From Octopus bimaculoides (Eukaryota), in the NCBI RefSeq assembly GCF_001194135.2, contig NC_068987.1, forward strand, positions 94,081,712 to 94,145,711: a DNA stretch of 64,000 nt. The letters are read 5' to 3'. How positions within the stretch are numbered: the first letter of the stretch is position 1; each line of letters opens with the position of its first letter. Positions 37,995 to 51,949 of the stretch are shown here, one piece after another. A program made the translations under genes and the position numbers. A model generated the notes under the pieces. The model saw only the letters and a list, made by a program, of their open reading frames with translations. It ran no database searches and had not been told where the DNA came from.

Positions 37995-38991
37995 ACACAC
38001 ACACTGATTTAAACATTGAACTGAAATATACACAAGTGCATATGTACACACACGAGCACGCATATTCATCCATCCAGACATCCTTGTGTCCAACTAACCA
38101 TACATACCTACATCCATGCATACACACGTAAACACACACACACACACAAATATATATATCCACTCGTTCTTCACAGACCAACGCACACACATAATCACAC
38201 GCGTATTAATGTAAAGTTGCTCTCCGTTAATAGCCCTATTGCTACCAGCTGGTCGTTTAAAACCGAGGGCGATGATGTACTTACAAGGCAGTTTGAATCC
38301 AAAAATGATTAATGTCCTTTAGCGAAAGTATGTAGAGAACTGGGTACACAGTAAATATACATATACACCGTATCCATCTATGTGTGTGTGTGTGTACATT
38401 TATCAGTAAGTGATTGTAGCTAGCAATATTATTGCATACATATATACACGTGTGTGCATATATATGCATATATATATATNNNNNNNNNNNNNNNNNNNNN
38501 NNNNNNNNNNNNNNNNNNNNNNNNNNNNNNNNNNNNNNNNNNNNNNNNNNNNNNNNNNNNNNNNNNNNNNNNNNNNNNNNNNNNNNNNNNNNNNNNNNNN
38601 NNNNNNNNNNNNNNNNNNNNNNNNNNNNNNNNNNNNNNNNNNNNNNNNNNNNNNNNNNNNNNNNNNNNNNNNNNNNNNNNNNNNNNNNNNNNNNNNNNNN
38701 NNNNNNNNNNNNNNNNNNNNNNNNNNNNNNNNNNNNNNNNNNNNNNNNNNNNNNNNNNNNNNNNNNNNNNNNNNNNNNNNNNNNNNNNNNNNNNNNNNNN
38801 NNNNNNNNNNNNNNNNNNNNNNNNNNNNNNNNNNNATATACTCATTACGTATATACAAACAAGCATAAACTGATTAATAAACTACATCTATTACAGATAT
38901 ATACAGCATACATAAATATGCATGTATATATCTATTTGAATATATGTAGACAAATGTGTGTCTGTGTGTGTGTATTCACATATTTATTGTG

Positions 38992-39038
<47 letters not shown>

Positions 39039-40553
39039 TTATTTATTTATATTCATATACGCACAACATATATTTATAAGTATATATGTGTGTATACTTC
39101 CATACATGCAAACACACAAACAGATATATATATATATATATATATGTAATACAAACAATATATGTGTATATGCATATATATGTACATGTATCTACAAACG
39201 TATGTATGTACATACGTATGTAGGTATGTATGTATGTATGTATGTATGTATGTATGCATGTATGTATTATACATATACTGACGCATGAACACATGCAATA
39301 AGCACTGGAATGTACACACATATACCTACAGACATAGAAACATTGCTTACGTACGTACACCCACCGACATGCGTGCTTAACATATTAACTTCTTTGGATA
39401 TTCACTTGCTGATACAAAGAACCCAAATTCACACGGATTTGACGAAAAAAATAAAGGAAAATCTTGTGTACGTGCGTGTGCGCGCGTGCGTATGTATAAG
39501 TGAATGAGAGAGAGAGAGAAGAAAAGAGAGCGGGTAAGAGAGAGCGTGTGTCAGAGTCCAAAACATATTGGAGATAACAGAAAGAGAGAGATAGAGAGAG
39601 ATAGAGAGAGTGAGAGAGAGTAGATGTACTATCTATGACAAATAGAGTGAATGAGTCCCCCTATGTGGTCGCCCGAATAAGCAGTGTACGTATATATGTG
39701 ACTGTTTGTGCGTGTGTGTGTATATGTGGCTATTGTTCGCAATTGCTATTGAACATACACAGATTCTAATGTAAATGCCAAGTACGCTACCTTCCAGATA
39801 GCGTGTTTGTGCACACACGTATGCACACAGAGACATACATTTATACAGATAGATAATGTATACATACACATATATATATGTAAATGTATTTATATGTACA
39901 AACACACACACACATACACACACATACACACACTCACCTATGAACTCTCATACTCGCCCATATACAAATATATTCTTCTGTGACTTAATTATAAATATAC
40001 AAAATTTTCGCATAAGTAAAATGCTTCTTCTTTGTGTACTGTATACATATGTATGATTTATTGGTGTGTGTGTGTGCGTGTGGGCGCTAGTCTGTGTAAG
40101 GTGGGGAGATCATTGTCAAGTCCAATATAGTGAGAGGTGCAGACAGGCCATTAGTTTTGTGTTATTTTTCTTTTTTTGTTCTGCTATATTTCGTTCCCTT
40201 TTTCGTTTCCAGCAGCTGGCGTTGTTTGCCGGAGATAAAATGTCCTGGTGTTGTTTGTGTTAACTCCATTGAAGTTTTAACTTCAATTAATTGATATTTG
40301 ATGAAAAGGGGTGACTTGAACGGGTGGCTACGGATGGGTGGGAACAGAGTGAAAGGTGTGGCGGTGATATATTAATAATGTAAGATAATGGTGGGGGGAG
40401 GAGACTTTGAGAAAGGTGGGGTAAAGTGAGTGACTGAGAGGGGAGGGTGAATGAAAAAGAAGGCAAAAACGGGGAGACATATTCTGAAATTTGGTGGAAG
40501 CTGAGAAAATGGTCAAATACATTCAAAAACGCGCGCACATTGACACACACACT

Positions 40554-40588
<35 letters not shown>

Positions 40589-40878
40589 GATATATATNNN
40601 NNNNNNNNNNNNNNNNNNNNNNNNNNNNNNNNNNNNNNNNNNNNNNNNNNNNNNNNNNNNNNNNNNNNNNNNNNNNNNNNNNNNNNNNNNNNNNNNNNNN
40701 NNNNNNNNNNNNNNNNNNNNNNNNNNNNNNNNNNNNNNNNNNNNNNNNNNNNNNNNNNNNNNNNNNNNNNNNNNNNNNNNNNNNNNNNNNNNNNNNNNNN
40801 NNNNNNNNNNNNNNNNNNNNNNNNNNNNNNNNNNNNNNNNNNNNNNNNNNNNNNNNNNNNNNNNNNNNNNNNNNNNNN

Positions 40879-40917
<39 letters not shown>

Positions 40918-42813
40918 TAGGCCTCGAAAGACATTTTAAGATCGAAAAAGCTATACGCACACATACGCAAAGATACTTACAGTAACGAATGTATAAGGAT
41001 ATATATACTATATTTTTTTTATTATTATAAACAGTTTTATTCAACCCCATGCAATTTAAAATTGCATTCCATTAAGCTGAAAGCCACTGCAAGAAAAATA
41101 AGCGATTGATTTTGTACCAAAAACTGGGCTATATCCAACGATAGTAACGAAAACTTGTGACTGTGATGTAAGCTAGCTTAACCGGCAACCTTGATATGAA
41201 ATCTAACATAATCGTGTTGATGATAAATATTCCAAATTGTCTAAACTGCAAATCATATGTGTACTGAAGTTGTAAAATATTAGCAAGGGAAATGTGTGGC
41301 TTAAATAACCAAATACTAGTTTCGGTTCACATAATAATTCCAACAACTCGACAATAAAATCAATAAAGAATTACCGAAATAATCCTGCTTCTCTTGACAA
41401 ATAAAATTTAAATCAAAATTATAATACTTGGGCAATTCAGGCAACACCGAAACAATGATCTGCGAAACAACAATTTCAGACAAATGACACATACAAACCC
41501 CTACATCATATATCAGCATGTTTGAGGGCAATTTCAAAAACAGTTACTAAATTATAAATCCAGTTTAGAAAAAGAAATAACATGAGATTAATCGAGCCAT
41601 ATATTGCATTTCAAAGCTTAGAACATTAGTTAACGTTAACACATGATTTATCGTGGACATCTGTAAGAAATAACACGCCGCACAAAATTCTGTGATGTGT
41701 GTAATGATGAAATGAACTTCAGTCACACTAAATCAATTAACACTTTAAACATAAGATCAGAACAAATTTCTAAACATCACCACAAGAATAAGTTCGTTCT
41801 CTCAAATCTCCACAGAACCATTTACCTAAACGAAACAAACGCAAACAACTGAAAGGTAACAGTCCGCTGACTGCTATTACTTATGCAGAACTCCTCACGT
41901 GATTGAAACAGTTGTATATACATGCCTTCAAGTGTATAGACGTGTATTTATGCATGTATGTTTATAAATATGAGTAAGAGTGCATGTATGCATATTGTAT
42001 GCGTGTATGTACGTACGCACGTACGTACATATCGATGGATATAGGTAGGTAGGTAGGTAGGTAGGTAGGTAGGTAAATATTTCCGTATATATTTATGCCA
42101 ATATATGTATATATGCAAGTGTCAGGTGAAATATCTGATAACAATGGTTCTGCTAATTTTATTAAATCGGTCAGACAATTGCAAACTAAACTGCTCACTC
42201 TACTGTGTTGTCTTTGTAAAGAGGGCGACTTCGGGATATTGTGCAGGAAGAAAAGCGATGACTGTCCAAAAATAAGATGAAGTCATTAAAGCCAGCTGGC
42301 AAATATAACCAACAAGATGCTTCCATTGTATCAATTAGGATGGTCGATGCTACGTCGCTTAAGTGATATCTAACAGCCAACCATGATGGCGAGTGTAGTT
42401 TCAACATGTGCTCCGTTATTCCTGCCCGAAACACATAATATATCGCTCAGAGAGATACTAGTTTTAAAAATTTGCACAGAACCTCAAGAAACAATGTCAA
42501 TAATTCAAAAATATACCGAGTCAGTCATCGCCCTGTTTTCAGAGAATACTCTACCATCTCTCTCTTTCTCCCTCCCTCCCCCCTCTCTCTCTCACTCACT
42601 CACTCTTTCCAAGTATCAGTAAAAGAGTTCAACTACGAGTTAAGGAATCGCATCTTTATCTGATGGAATGGAATGTTAGAACTTTTCTCGACAGAAGAAT
42701 GATTGATTGAGTAGAGATTCAGATTTATATTGTTTACGGTAAATCACCTCCAGTTTCTTTAACTGAATCACCATCGACTATCGACGAAGAGCCTACGATA
42801 CGGATTATGTTAA

Positions 42814-42867
<54 letters not shown>

Positions 42868-44117
42868 GTATGTATGCATGGAGAGATAGGAGGGATAAGA
42901 TGAAAAAGCGAAGAGTGTTCTTTTTTTTTGCTATAGACTGGGGCGTGAAAGTCAAGGTATTAGGAAACAAGGAAATATTTAATGCAGAAAAAAAGGTCGG
43001 AATTACGAAGGAATGGAAAAAAGAAGGAGAAGTGACAAAGTCAGAAAGCTGGAGAGAGTATAAAGCATGAAAGTCGATTGAAGAAGAATGATAAAGAAAC
43101 AAAGAAAGAAGGAATGAAGGCAAGAAAGAAATTTAAAAGGAATGAAATATATTTTTAAAAAATGAGAAAAGGAGGGAAAAACGAAAGATGGCGAGACGGT
43201 CGATTAGGAGAAAAGAATGTAAACGAAGAAGGGAATGATAAAATTATTTTAGTAAATGAAAACCGAAAGCCACAAGAATTCATGAAATGTTAATAAAAAT
43301 ATAAATGAAAGTTAGAAAGCAGGAAAATGAAGGATAAAAGACGAAATAGAATGGGAGAATAAAAGAAGTAACGGTGATAAAGAGCGAAATTTAATATCGG
43401 ATGAGGAAAAAACAGTAAAAGAATGATAAAATAGAGAATTAGAAAATGTAAGATGGCGGTGAGAAGACCTAAAGGAGGAAGAGGAGGAGGAGGAGGAGGA
43501 GGAGGGGGGAGGAGAAGTAGAAGAAGAAGAAGAAGAAGAAGAAGAAGAAGAAGAAGAAGAAGAAGATAGAGAGTAAAAAGCAATAATAAAAGCTTCAAAA
43601 AAATTGCAATCAAAATTCTATTAAAAGAAAAATAAGGAAATTAAAACTGGGAAAAGAAAAAGGATAAAGGAACGGAAATAATTATGAAAAGAAAAATATC
43701 CAAGCATTTAAGAAGAATAGAAAGAAAGCATTAAATTTGATAACGTAAAAGAAAGGAAGGAAGGAATAAGTTTTAAAATAACCACAGAAGGATTACAGGA
43801 AGAAATACGCGAAGATATGAAGAATTTTGTGTGTCGTAGATTTAACGACAACGAATGAGACAAATGGTAAGCAAATGGTTTTCAAATCTCAGAGAATTAA
43901 AATAGGAAGGAAGAATAGATAATGATCGGATGGTCGATTCTTATGTAGAAAGCGTTTCAGAAGAGGACTGCTTGGTCAGGGTTGGCCTGGGGTTAAACGA
44001 GGAGGAGGAGGAGGACAATGTTGGGGAGGTTGGGTGCGGGAGGTTGGGAGAGGAGGCGGAGAAGACGAAGNNNNNNNNNNGAAGAAGAAGAAGAAGAAGA
44101 AGAAGAAGAAGAAGAAG

Positions 44118-44150
<33 letters not shown>

Positions 44151-44929
44151 AAAAAACAAAGAAAACAGAACGAATCCCTAGCCTGAATGAATATAAACGA
44201 ATTTATTATGATAAGCTACATGGCGTATTATATTCTTTACCCACACTTTTCGTTAAACTTTTGCCATCGATTATTTGATTTTAAACACAGAATCTCTGTA
44301 AAGTGTATCTGTTGTTTTCCATGGGCATCAACTCTGCAAAATACCCAACTTAGTAAAGAATGTATTTCTCCCAATCCTAAGACCACGTACGCTTTATGCT
44401 TACAGATCTTACCCCATGCCTTCAAGCTTATTTCTGCACCGACACTCTTTGGTTCAACCGGAATTCCAAACACGTCAAACAAGATAAGAAAATAAGAATC
44501 AACATGTAAAATCAAGTCGGAATGTTCTGTTAAGAAGTGAAACACAAGCTTTATGTAAAAATAAAAGTAACATAAATTAATGGCTTAGACTTGGAGACGA
44601 GTTTCGAAGAGGAATCACGAGGAATCAGAAAGAATCAGAAGGAATCACTCTGACTGGTTACAGAGATCCCAAGGAATGGGCTGAAATTAGCAATAATTTG
44701 GGTTTTATCCGAGAAATGCAGTGTTGTGATTGAAAGATATTCTTGGCACGAAAAATATTGCAATTTATGAAAATATCTGATGAGAGTATGGGGGTGGAGG
44801 GTGGGAGGGGCGTTTTTGTGGGGGTGGGAGGGTGCATATACCTATTCCAATGTTTGGTTTCTGTGGGATCTTTTCCACTTTTTAAATCCCACAACCGAAA
44901 GTTGAATAAACAAACATATGAAGACGTGA

Positions 44930-45193
44930 TGACGATCATTTTCAAGATGATGATGGCGATGACAACGACTGCGATGATGATTCTTAGAAAGAGGAATTTT
45001 ACGATGATTATGTGCTGCTGCTGCTGCTGCTGTTGCTGAGGATGCTGGTGATGACGATCTCAGTGCTGACGAAGACGACGATGACGATGACGATGAAATT
45101 GTATAGAAAAATATTGATTACGATGGTGATGCTGGAAATGTTCATGACGATAACGATGAAGATGATGCTGAGAACAATAACGAAGACAATGTC

Positions 45194-45238
<45 letters not shown>

Positions 45239-45406
45239 ATTGATGGTGATGATGATGCTGAAGAGAAGGAAAGGGAAGGAAGAAGAGAGAGAAAGAAGGA
45301 AGAGCATTATCAGGATGACAATAAAATTGCTTCAAATTTAGGAAATGAAAAAAAAAAAAAACAAACATATACAAACACCTATTGTTTCGTTTACACACAC
45401 ATATAC

Positions 45407-45498
<92 letters not shown>

Positions 45499-45965
45499 GT
45501 ATGTATGTATATATATATATATATACACACACACGCACGAACATAAGCATACACGCACATATATATATATGCACAGGTATACAAATATACACAGTGGCTC
45601 CATGCGACACACACACACACAATTACCATGAAGAAGTACAAAAACATAAACACAAGTCATGAAGAGGAAGAGACGAAGAAAATTGGGAAGAAGAGGATGG
45701 TGGGGGGGTGAGAGAATTTAGTAATCTTGTTGTTGGTGTTGTTGGTGTTGTTGTTGTTGTTGTTGATGCTGGTTGTGTCGGTGGTGGGGATGGGGGTTGT
45801 AGTGGCCGGTGTTGCAGTGTTATAGAGATGGTTGAATGTGGGTGGGTGGTGGAGGGGTAGGGGGGGGGCGTATGAGTTTTGTAAGAAATTTTCTTAGTTG
45901 GAAGGTCAAATCTAGTTTGTGACCTTTAAGAAAATTGCCAAAGATTACTGACTGCTCTGGGTCAT

Positions 45966-46002
<37 letters not shown>

Positions 46003-46306
46003 CAACAACAACAGCAACAACAACAACAATAACAATCCTTCACTATCTTTTGTCAATAGAATGGCTGTGTAGTCGTTCCGGTAATGGTAGTTCTGTTGAT
46101 GTTGCTTCTGGAGGTGGCGGTGGTGCTGGTGGTGGTGGTGCTGGTGGTGGTGGTGCTGGTGGTGGTGATGGTATGGGTTGTGCTGGTATTGGTTGTAGTA
46201 GTGGAGTTAGTACTGCTAGTGGTTGTTCTCGTAGTATTCCCGTAGTAGTATTGAAGCTATTGCTAATAATAGCGGTTTTCATGGCAGTTTTGGCAGTAGT
46301 AGTAGC

Positions 46307-46377
<71 letters not shown>

Positions 46378-46427
46378 CAGTAGCAACCGCAGCAGCAGCA
46401 GCAGCAGTAGTAGTAGCAGTAGCAACC

Positions 46428-46467
<40 letters not shown>

Positions 46468-46470
46468 TAA

Positions 46471-46515
<45 letters not shown>

Positions 46516-46560
46516 CAGTGGTGGTGGTCGTGGTGGTCGTGGTGGTCGTGATGATAGTGG
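44930..46560. repeat. Cluster of triplet and dinucleotide simple repeats (GAT, TA/TG, CAA, GGT, AGT, GCA)
   Basis: Read directly; explains the poly-M, -V, -P and -H ORFs. Confidence 0.9.
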
Positions 46561-46904
46561 TGTAGATTAATGTTGTTCTTGTAGTTGTAAAACTCTAAGT
46601 TAACCCTGCTGAAGGAGTCCTACGATCAAAGACAATCCAGCCGTGAACACCTCGATCCATTCCTATGTGCAAGAAACCCCATGTATGCTTTTTAAGACGG
46701 CAGGATGTAACTTGTTAGATTTCTTCTGGGTTGGGCGCCAACGAAGACAATCTATCGTTGGCCCGTGCGGCCATGGAGAATTGTTGCAGCTCTCGTTACT
46801 GTTACAAGTCTCTGCAGCAGTTCTTATTGGAAAAGACCAATAGTGAAAGACGTTCTAAGTATGATCATTCCATCTTTTATTTAAGACGCTAAAGTATCAT
46901 CATC

Positions 46905-47240
46905 ATCATCATCATCGTCAACATCATCATTATCATCATCATCGTTTAACGTCTGCTTTCCATGCTAGCATGGGTTGGACGATTTGACTAAGGACTGGTG
47001 AAACCGGATGGCAACACCAGTCAGAGTTTCTACAGCTGGATGCCCTTCCTTAACGCCAACCACTCAGAGAGTGTAGTGGGTGCTTTTACGTGTCACCCGC
47101 ACGAAGGCCAGTCAGGCGGTACTGGCAACGGCCACGCTCGGAATGGTGTCTTTTATGTGCCACCCGCACAAGAGCCAGTCCAGGGGCACTGGCAACGATC
47201 TCGCTCGAAAATACTACGAAGGCCAGTCAGGCGATATTTC
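46905..47240 (-). mobile_element. Interspersed repeat with RTE-like 3' tail ending in (GAT)n
   Basis: On the minus strand it ends aaacgatgatgatg; contains gatgcccttcctaacgccaaccac and a duplicated cacccgcac..gccagtc..ggcactggcaacg unit. Confidence 0.65.
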
Positions 47241-47709
47241 AAGGAATTTGCCAATTATTTCCAGCATATCGGGTGACGCCGTATGGGGTTTTAGTAGCAT
47301 GGACAGATAGCGATAACAAAGATAATACTGTGGTTATCGGAGTGGTGGTGGTGGTGGTGGTGTTGGTGGTGGCCATTGTGGAAGTAAAGGAATGAGTAAT
47401 TCATCTGAAGCGATTTTCGTTAATAAGAACAATTTTGGAGAAACTTCTGTATTCATTGCTGTAATTGTAACAGTATAGGCTGTGGTTGAGTGTAAGGGTA
47501 GTGGGGGAACTGTTTTTGTTTCTGTTATGATTTAGCGAGCAAAATTATAGTCACAGTCGCTCCATAAGTGACCTTCCCATCTTGTATGCTCAAAGAATGT
47601 TTACGACTTCTTCACTCATTTTCTCTTTTCTTTGACAAAACTGAGTAATGTCATTTGAGGGAAAATTTATCTGTTACTTCTATCCGTGGCTCCTTCGTGG
47701 ACGCGTATG

Positions 47710-47769
<60 letters not shown>

Positions 47770-47784
47770 TATGTTTGTGTGTGT

Positions 47785-47985
47785 TTGTGTTTGTCCCCCA
47801 TCATCGCTTGACAACAGATGTTAGTATGTTTACGTCTCCGTAACTTAGCGGTTCGGCAAAAGTACCCAATGGAATAAATAGTAGGCTTACAAAGAATAAG
47901 TCCTGGGGTTGATTCTTTCGACTAAAGGCGGTGCTCCAACATGGCCGCAGTCAAATGACTAAAACAAGTAAAAGGATAAAAGAAT
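47785..47985 (+). mobile_element. SINE 3' half
   Basis: gtttacgtctccgtaacttagcggttcggcaaaag...aaggcggtgctccaacatggccgcagtcaaatgactaaaacaagtaaaag. Confidence 0.9.
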
Positions 47986-48004
47986 GAATATATATATATA
48001 TATC

Positions 48005-48035
<31 letters not shown>

Positions 48036-49050
48036 ATATATATATATATATGTGTGTGTATATATATATATNNNNNNNNNNNNNNNNNNNNNNNNNNNNN
48101 NNNNNNNNNNNNNNNNNNNNNNNNNNNNNNNNNNNNNNNNNNNNNNNNNNNNNNNNNNNNNNNNNNNNNNNNNNNNNNNNNNNNNNNNNNNNNNNNNNNN
48201 NNNNNNNNNNNNNNNNNNNNNNNNNNNNNTATATATGCATATGAATTAAAATGGAATGGGGATGTGTGCTGATAAATCGCTGCCATTGTCATTGTTTCAT
48301 CCCCAGGTAACCCTGACTCTAGAAACCTATATACATATGAGTCCAGGCCTTATTCACCTTGTCTTTCTCTAAGGAATTGCAAGATTTAGAGTAAGACCCC
48401 CACCACCACCACCCATCTAAATTCTCAAGACAATAAAGTGTATATTCATCTACGATGAAATGCATGCTAGCCTTAGCACCACGGTCTATGTTGTGGGTAC
48501 GTACGATTACATTATCTTCCATGTTCTCTTCTTATGGAATTCAGTGGGATTTGGTTGTTATTTCTAGACAATTAAACGACTATGTAAACGCTCCCCCGAT
48601 TCGCTATTGTTAATCTTACGATATCGGTCGAGATGTATTCGCCTCTAACAGATACAAGTTGATGCCTCACGACCTGCTACTATTTCTAGCAGATCGGGAG
48701 ACAGTAATGAAGATATTTCGTCAAAAATCATGTAAAAGTTTAGAGTTTATGATTATTGTTGTTTAACCCCAGATTAGCCCTGATTAAGCAGACGATGATC
48801 AAAAACATTCTGTTGGTTTTATGTAGAATATCTTAGTCAAAGCTTCCTTCTTGCTTTGAAGGTGGAATTTGAGGGAGATTTCACTGATCAAAGTCATTGC
48901 AAACGTGATCACCGTGTCTTTAGGGGTTCATCCAAGATTACGTTTTTTAGTTCAACTTTTCTTCACGTAATACTGCGGGATCAAGTTTGAGGATAATCTA
49001 GTTGCTATTTCTAACATATCAAATAATCGGATAGAATCTCTTATGGTGAA

Positions 49051-49111
<61 letters not shown>

Positions 49112-49276
49112 TTCTGTAGGAGATCTAAACCGTTTAAAAGGGGATCAACAAGCGAGAAATGTCTCCTCTACAATTCTCAGCTTTCACTGTTGAAGCGATT
49201 AAGAAACAGGATAACATAATTAGAATGGTGGAAGGACGGAACGGGAACGGCTTGTTGATATGAATGATCGGCTTTC

Positions 49277-49379
<103 letters not shown>

Positions 49380-50050
49380 TGGTAGAGCTGGTAAATAAAC
49401 AACACGGCGTCCACCACACCCAACGCGCACGTACGCACGCACACACACACAGACATTCTCTTAAATGCATGAGACATGGTTAAGAAAAAGAAAACAAAGC
49501 AAATAATGCTTCAACAAGATATTTGATATTTGGTGTTGTTCTGGTTTAGATGTGAAAGAGAAGCGAACTTAGAGGCCCTCAACAACTTCGTCGTCTCTTT
49601 TCCCGTTTTGAGTTCAAATGGAAGAGTATCGCCTTATATCTATCTCCAAGAGCTGACCAGATCTTGACGGATGAACGGAGTTAAGCAACCTCACGCTTTG
49701 ATTAATCTGTAGGTGAGACATGCCAACGAGGGGAGTATTAAAATAACAGCCAAATCTCCTTCAAGTCACATCTACGAAGTTCAGTAAGAAAAACGCATGT
49801 AAGATAATACTGTCGCTCATAAAAAATTCAACATAGTGGTCATGGCATGAATGCATTAGATCGTAGATGGAACAGATTACGATTGACCCAGGGTTAATAA
49901 AAAACAACAACTACAAAAAGTAATCGGTGTCAATAAAATAAGTAACAGTAACCCGTGACCCGACGTACAGCTAGGACTTGGGCAGTAATTCTTTGAAATA
50001 TATGAATACATACATACATACATACATATATATATATACATATATATATA

Positions 50051-50119
<69 letters not shown>

Positions 50120-50230
50120 ACCGGTTTCTCATTTGATTTTCAAAAATGTATTTTATATGAAGCCTTTTCGAAAATTATGATTTTTCTGGCCACTTTTGTA
50201 AAAATCGTTCTCCTTTACTTTTTTTTATAG

Positions 50231-50299
50231 AATGGATTTTACTCAGAACACTATCAGTTACAGTACAAATTTATGGGATGAGGATGGTCACATGGTGAG
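50231..50299 (+). other. Candidate 69-nt symmetric exon (MDFTQNTISYSTNLWDEDGHMV)
   Basis: Acceptor ctcctttactttttttttatag, donor gag|gtaagg, a single open frame; no recognised homology. Confidence 0.3.
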
Positions 50300-50769
50300 G
50301 TAAGGAAATTTTCGATCATGTGATAAAATCATGTGGCGGCCACACACCAGAAAAGCACGTCAAAGTTTTTTTCTGCACTGAATATGTCAAAATGCTTTCT
50401 TATTAAATGACAAATTGTATATCGGTGATGGTTTACCAGCCTGCCCAGCCGTGGTTTGTACTTTTTAATGTACGATTTTCCCTTATTCGCATTTAATCAG
50501 TGATATTGTTTGCATATTGGAAAGTGGAAAATCAAGAAATTTGGGAGGTCTGACTTTTGCGTATGCGTCCAGATATTCATTTACTGGGAACCTCGTATTT
50601 GCTGTTGATTAATCGTTAATCTCAATCATAATGTGAACCTGGTTTACGCACAATATAAGTTTCATAAGCTTCAGAATTATTAAAGACATGCTTCTGGAAT
50701 TGAATAAAATGAATAAAACAAGGATGAATACACACGTACTTGTACATGATGAACAAAACGAATAACAGC

Positions 50770-51238
50770 AACAACAACATCCATGGCTTCTGATCTTAAC
50801 TGATTGGAAGTGTTATTATGTACATTGTTTTATCTTGGTATAAAAGATGGGCTACAGCAAATATTCTGCTCAACACCACAAATTTGCTTGTCAGTTGTTT
50901 GTCCTTGACTAGTTAAGCATGTCCCATAATGGCTGACGATATGTGCATCTCTGATCATGACCATCAAAGCCATATGTGGAGAAGAATTCTTTGAGGTTTA
51001 GATAATTCACCTCTGGAACATAGATCTTTCCTGCAACATTCTTAAACAACCCTTATTCAGGGGCCATTTGAAGGGAATGTGCTACTCGACCTGAAGAAAA
51101 TTCTAACTGGGCCCCACCTGCAAGGTCATGCACTGTTTATCTTGATATGAGATCAAAATGTCACGCACATAGAGTTGTGATGCATGTGCCTGGTGTACCC
51201 TTATCAGACGAGTAGTCATGATGGGTATACTGGGCTTC
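50770..51238 (+). mobile_element. Interspersed repeat, second copy at 51950-52440
   Basis: Shared blocks gacctgaagaaaattctaactgggccccacctgcaaggtcatgc and ccttatcagacgagtagtcatgatgg. Confidence 0.8.
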
Positions 51239-51508
51239 GAGAGATATGACAGGTTAGATTGGGAAGTTAAGCAGTTGTGGTCGATGAAAAAGGTAGCAGT
51301 AGTACCAATAACAATCGGAGCCCTGGGAACAGTGAGCAAAAATCTTGAGAAATACGTGGAACCAATATGGGCTGCAATAAGGGTGGAACACTGCTTGGAA
51401 CCGCTCCTACACTCGTGCTCGAAAAATATGAGGTGTTACCTTAGTTCACTGGTAGGGAACAGCTGACACTCCAGCGTTAGAAGTTCTGCTAAGGCAATGA
51501 TGCTGCTG

Positions 51509-51510
<2 letters not shown>
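51239..51510 (+). mobile_element. 5'-truncated RLE-type LINE
   Basis: ERYDRLDWEVKQLWSMKKVAVVPITIGALGTVSKNLEKYVE followed by a 3' UTR and an (AAT)n tail. Confidence 0.9.
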
Positions 51511-51580
<70 letters not shown>

Positions 51581-51581
<1 letters not shown>

Positions 51582-51886
51582 AAAGACCTGGAAATAGAGA
51601 TAACTCGAATGTGGAGTCTAAAAACAGAAACAATTCCTATCATAGTAGGCGCTTTAGGTATAATAAAAAAAATATTCAGACAAATACATAACAAAACTAC
51701 CAGGACTTACAAATATATATAACATACAGAAAATTGCACTACTGGGCACTGCACACATTCTACGCAAAACACTTTCAATACAGTAAACATAAGAGCACCA
51801 CAGCAAACCACAGCACATACCCAAGGCGCACAGAGCTGCGCTCGGCAGTGAAGTGAAAGCACGTTATAAAAATAAAACTACTGAAC

Positions 51887-51922
<36 letters not shown>
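51581..51922 (+). mobile_element. 5'-truncated RLE-type LINE, different subfamily
   Basis: KDLEIEITRMWSLKTETIPIIVGALG..NIQKIALLGTAHILRKTLSIQ*, 3' UTR, (AAT)n tail. Confidence 0.9.
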
Positions 51923-51923
<1 letters not shown>

Positions 51924-51949
51924 TTGAACAAAACATCCAGTTATCCAAA

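Noticed and set aside
41314-41353. GAAAC-UA-GUA with palindromic ACUAGU and upstream UUGUCGA on the minus strand
   Set aside because: Stem I cannot form and the core is doubly mutated.
49517-49535. agatatttgatatttggtg, resembling miR-190
   Set aside because: It has deletions relative to the mature sequence as I recall it, and no hairpin partner arm.
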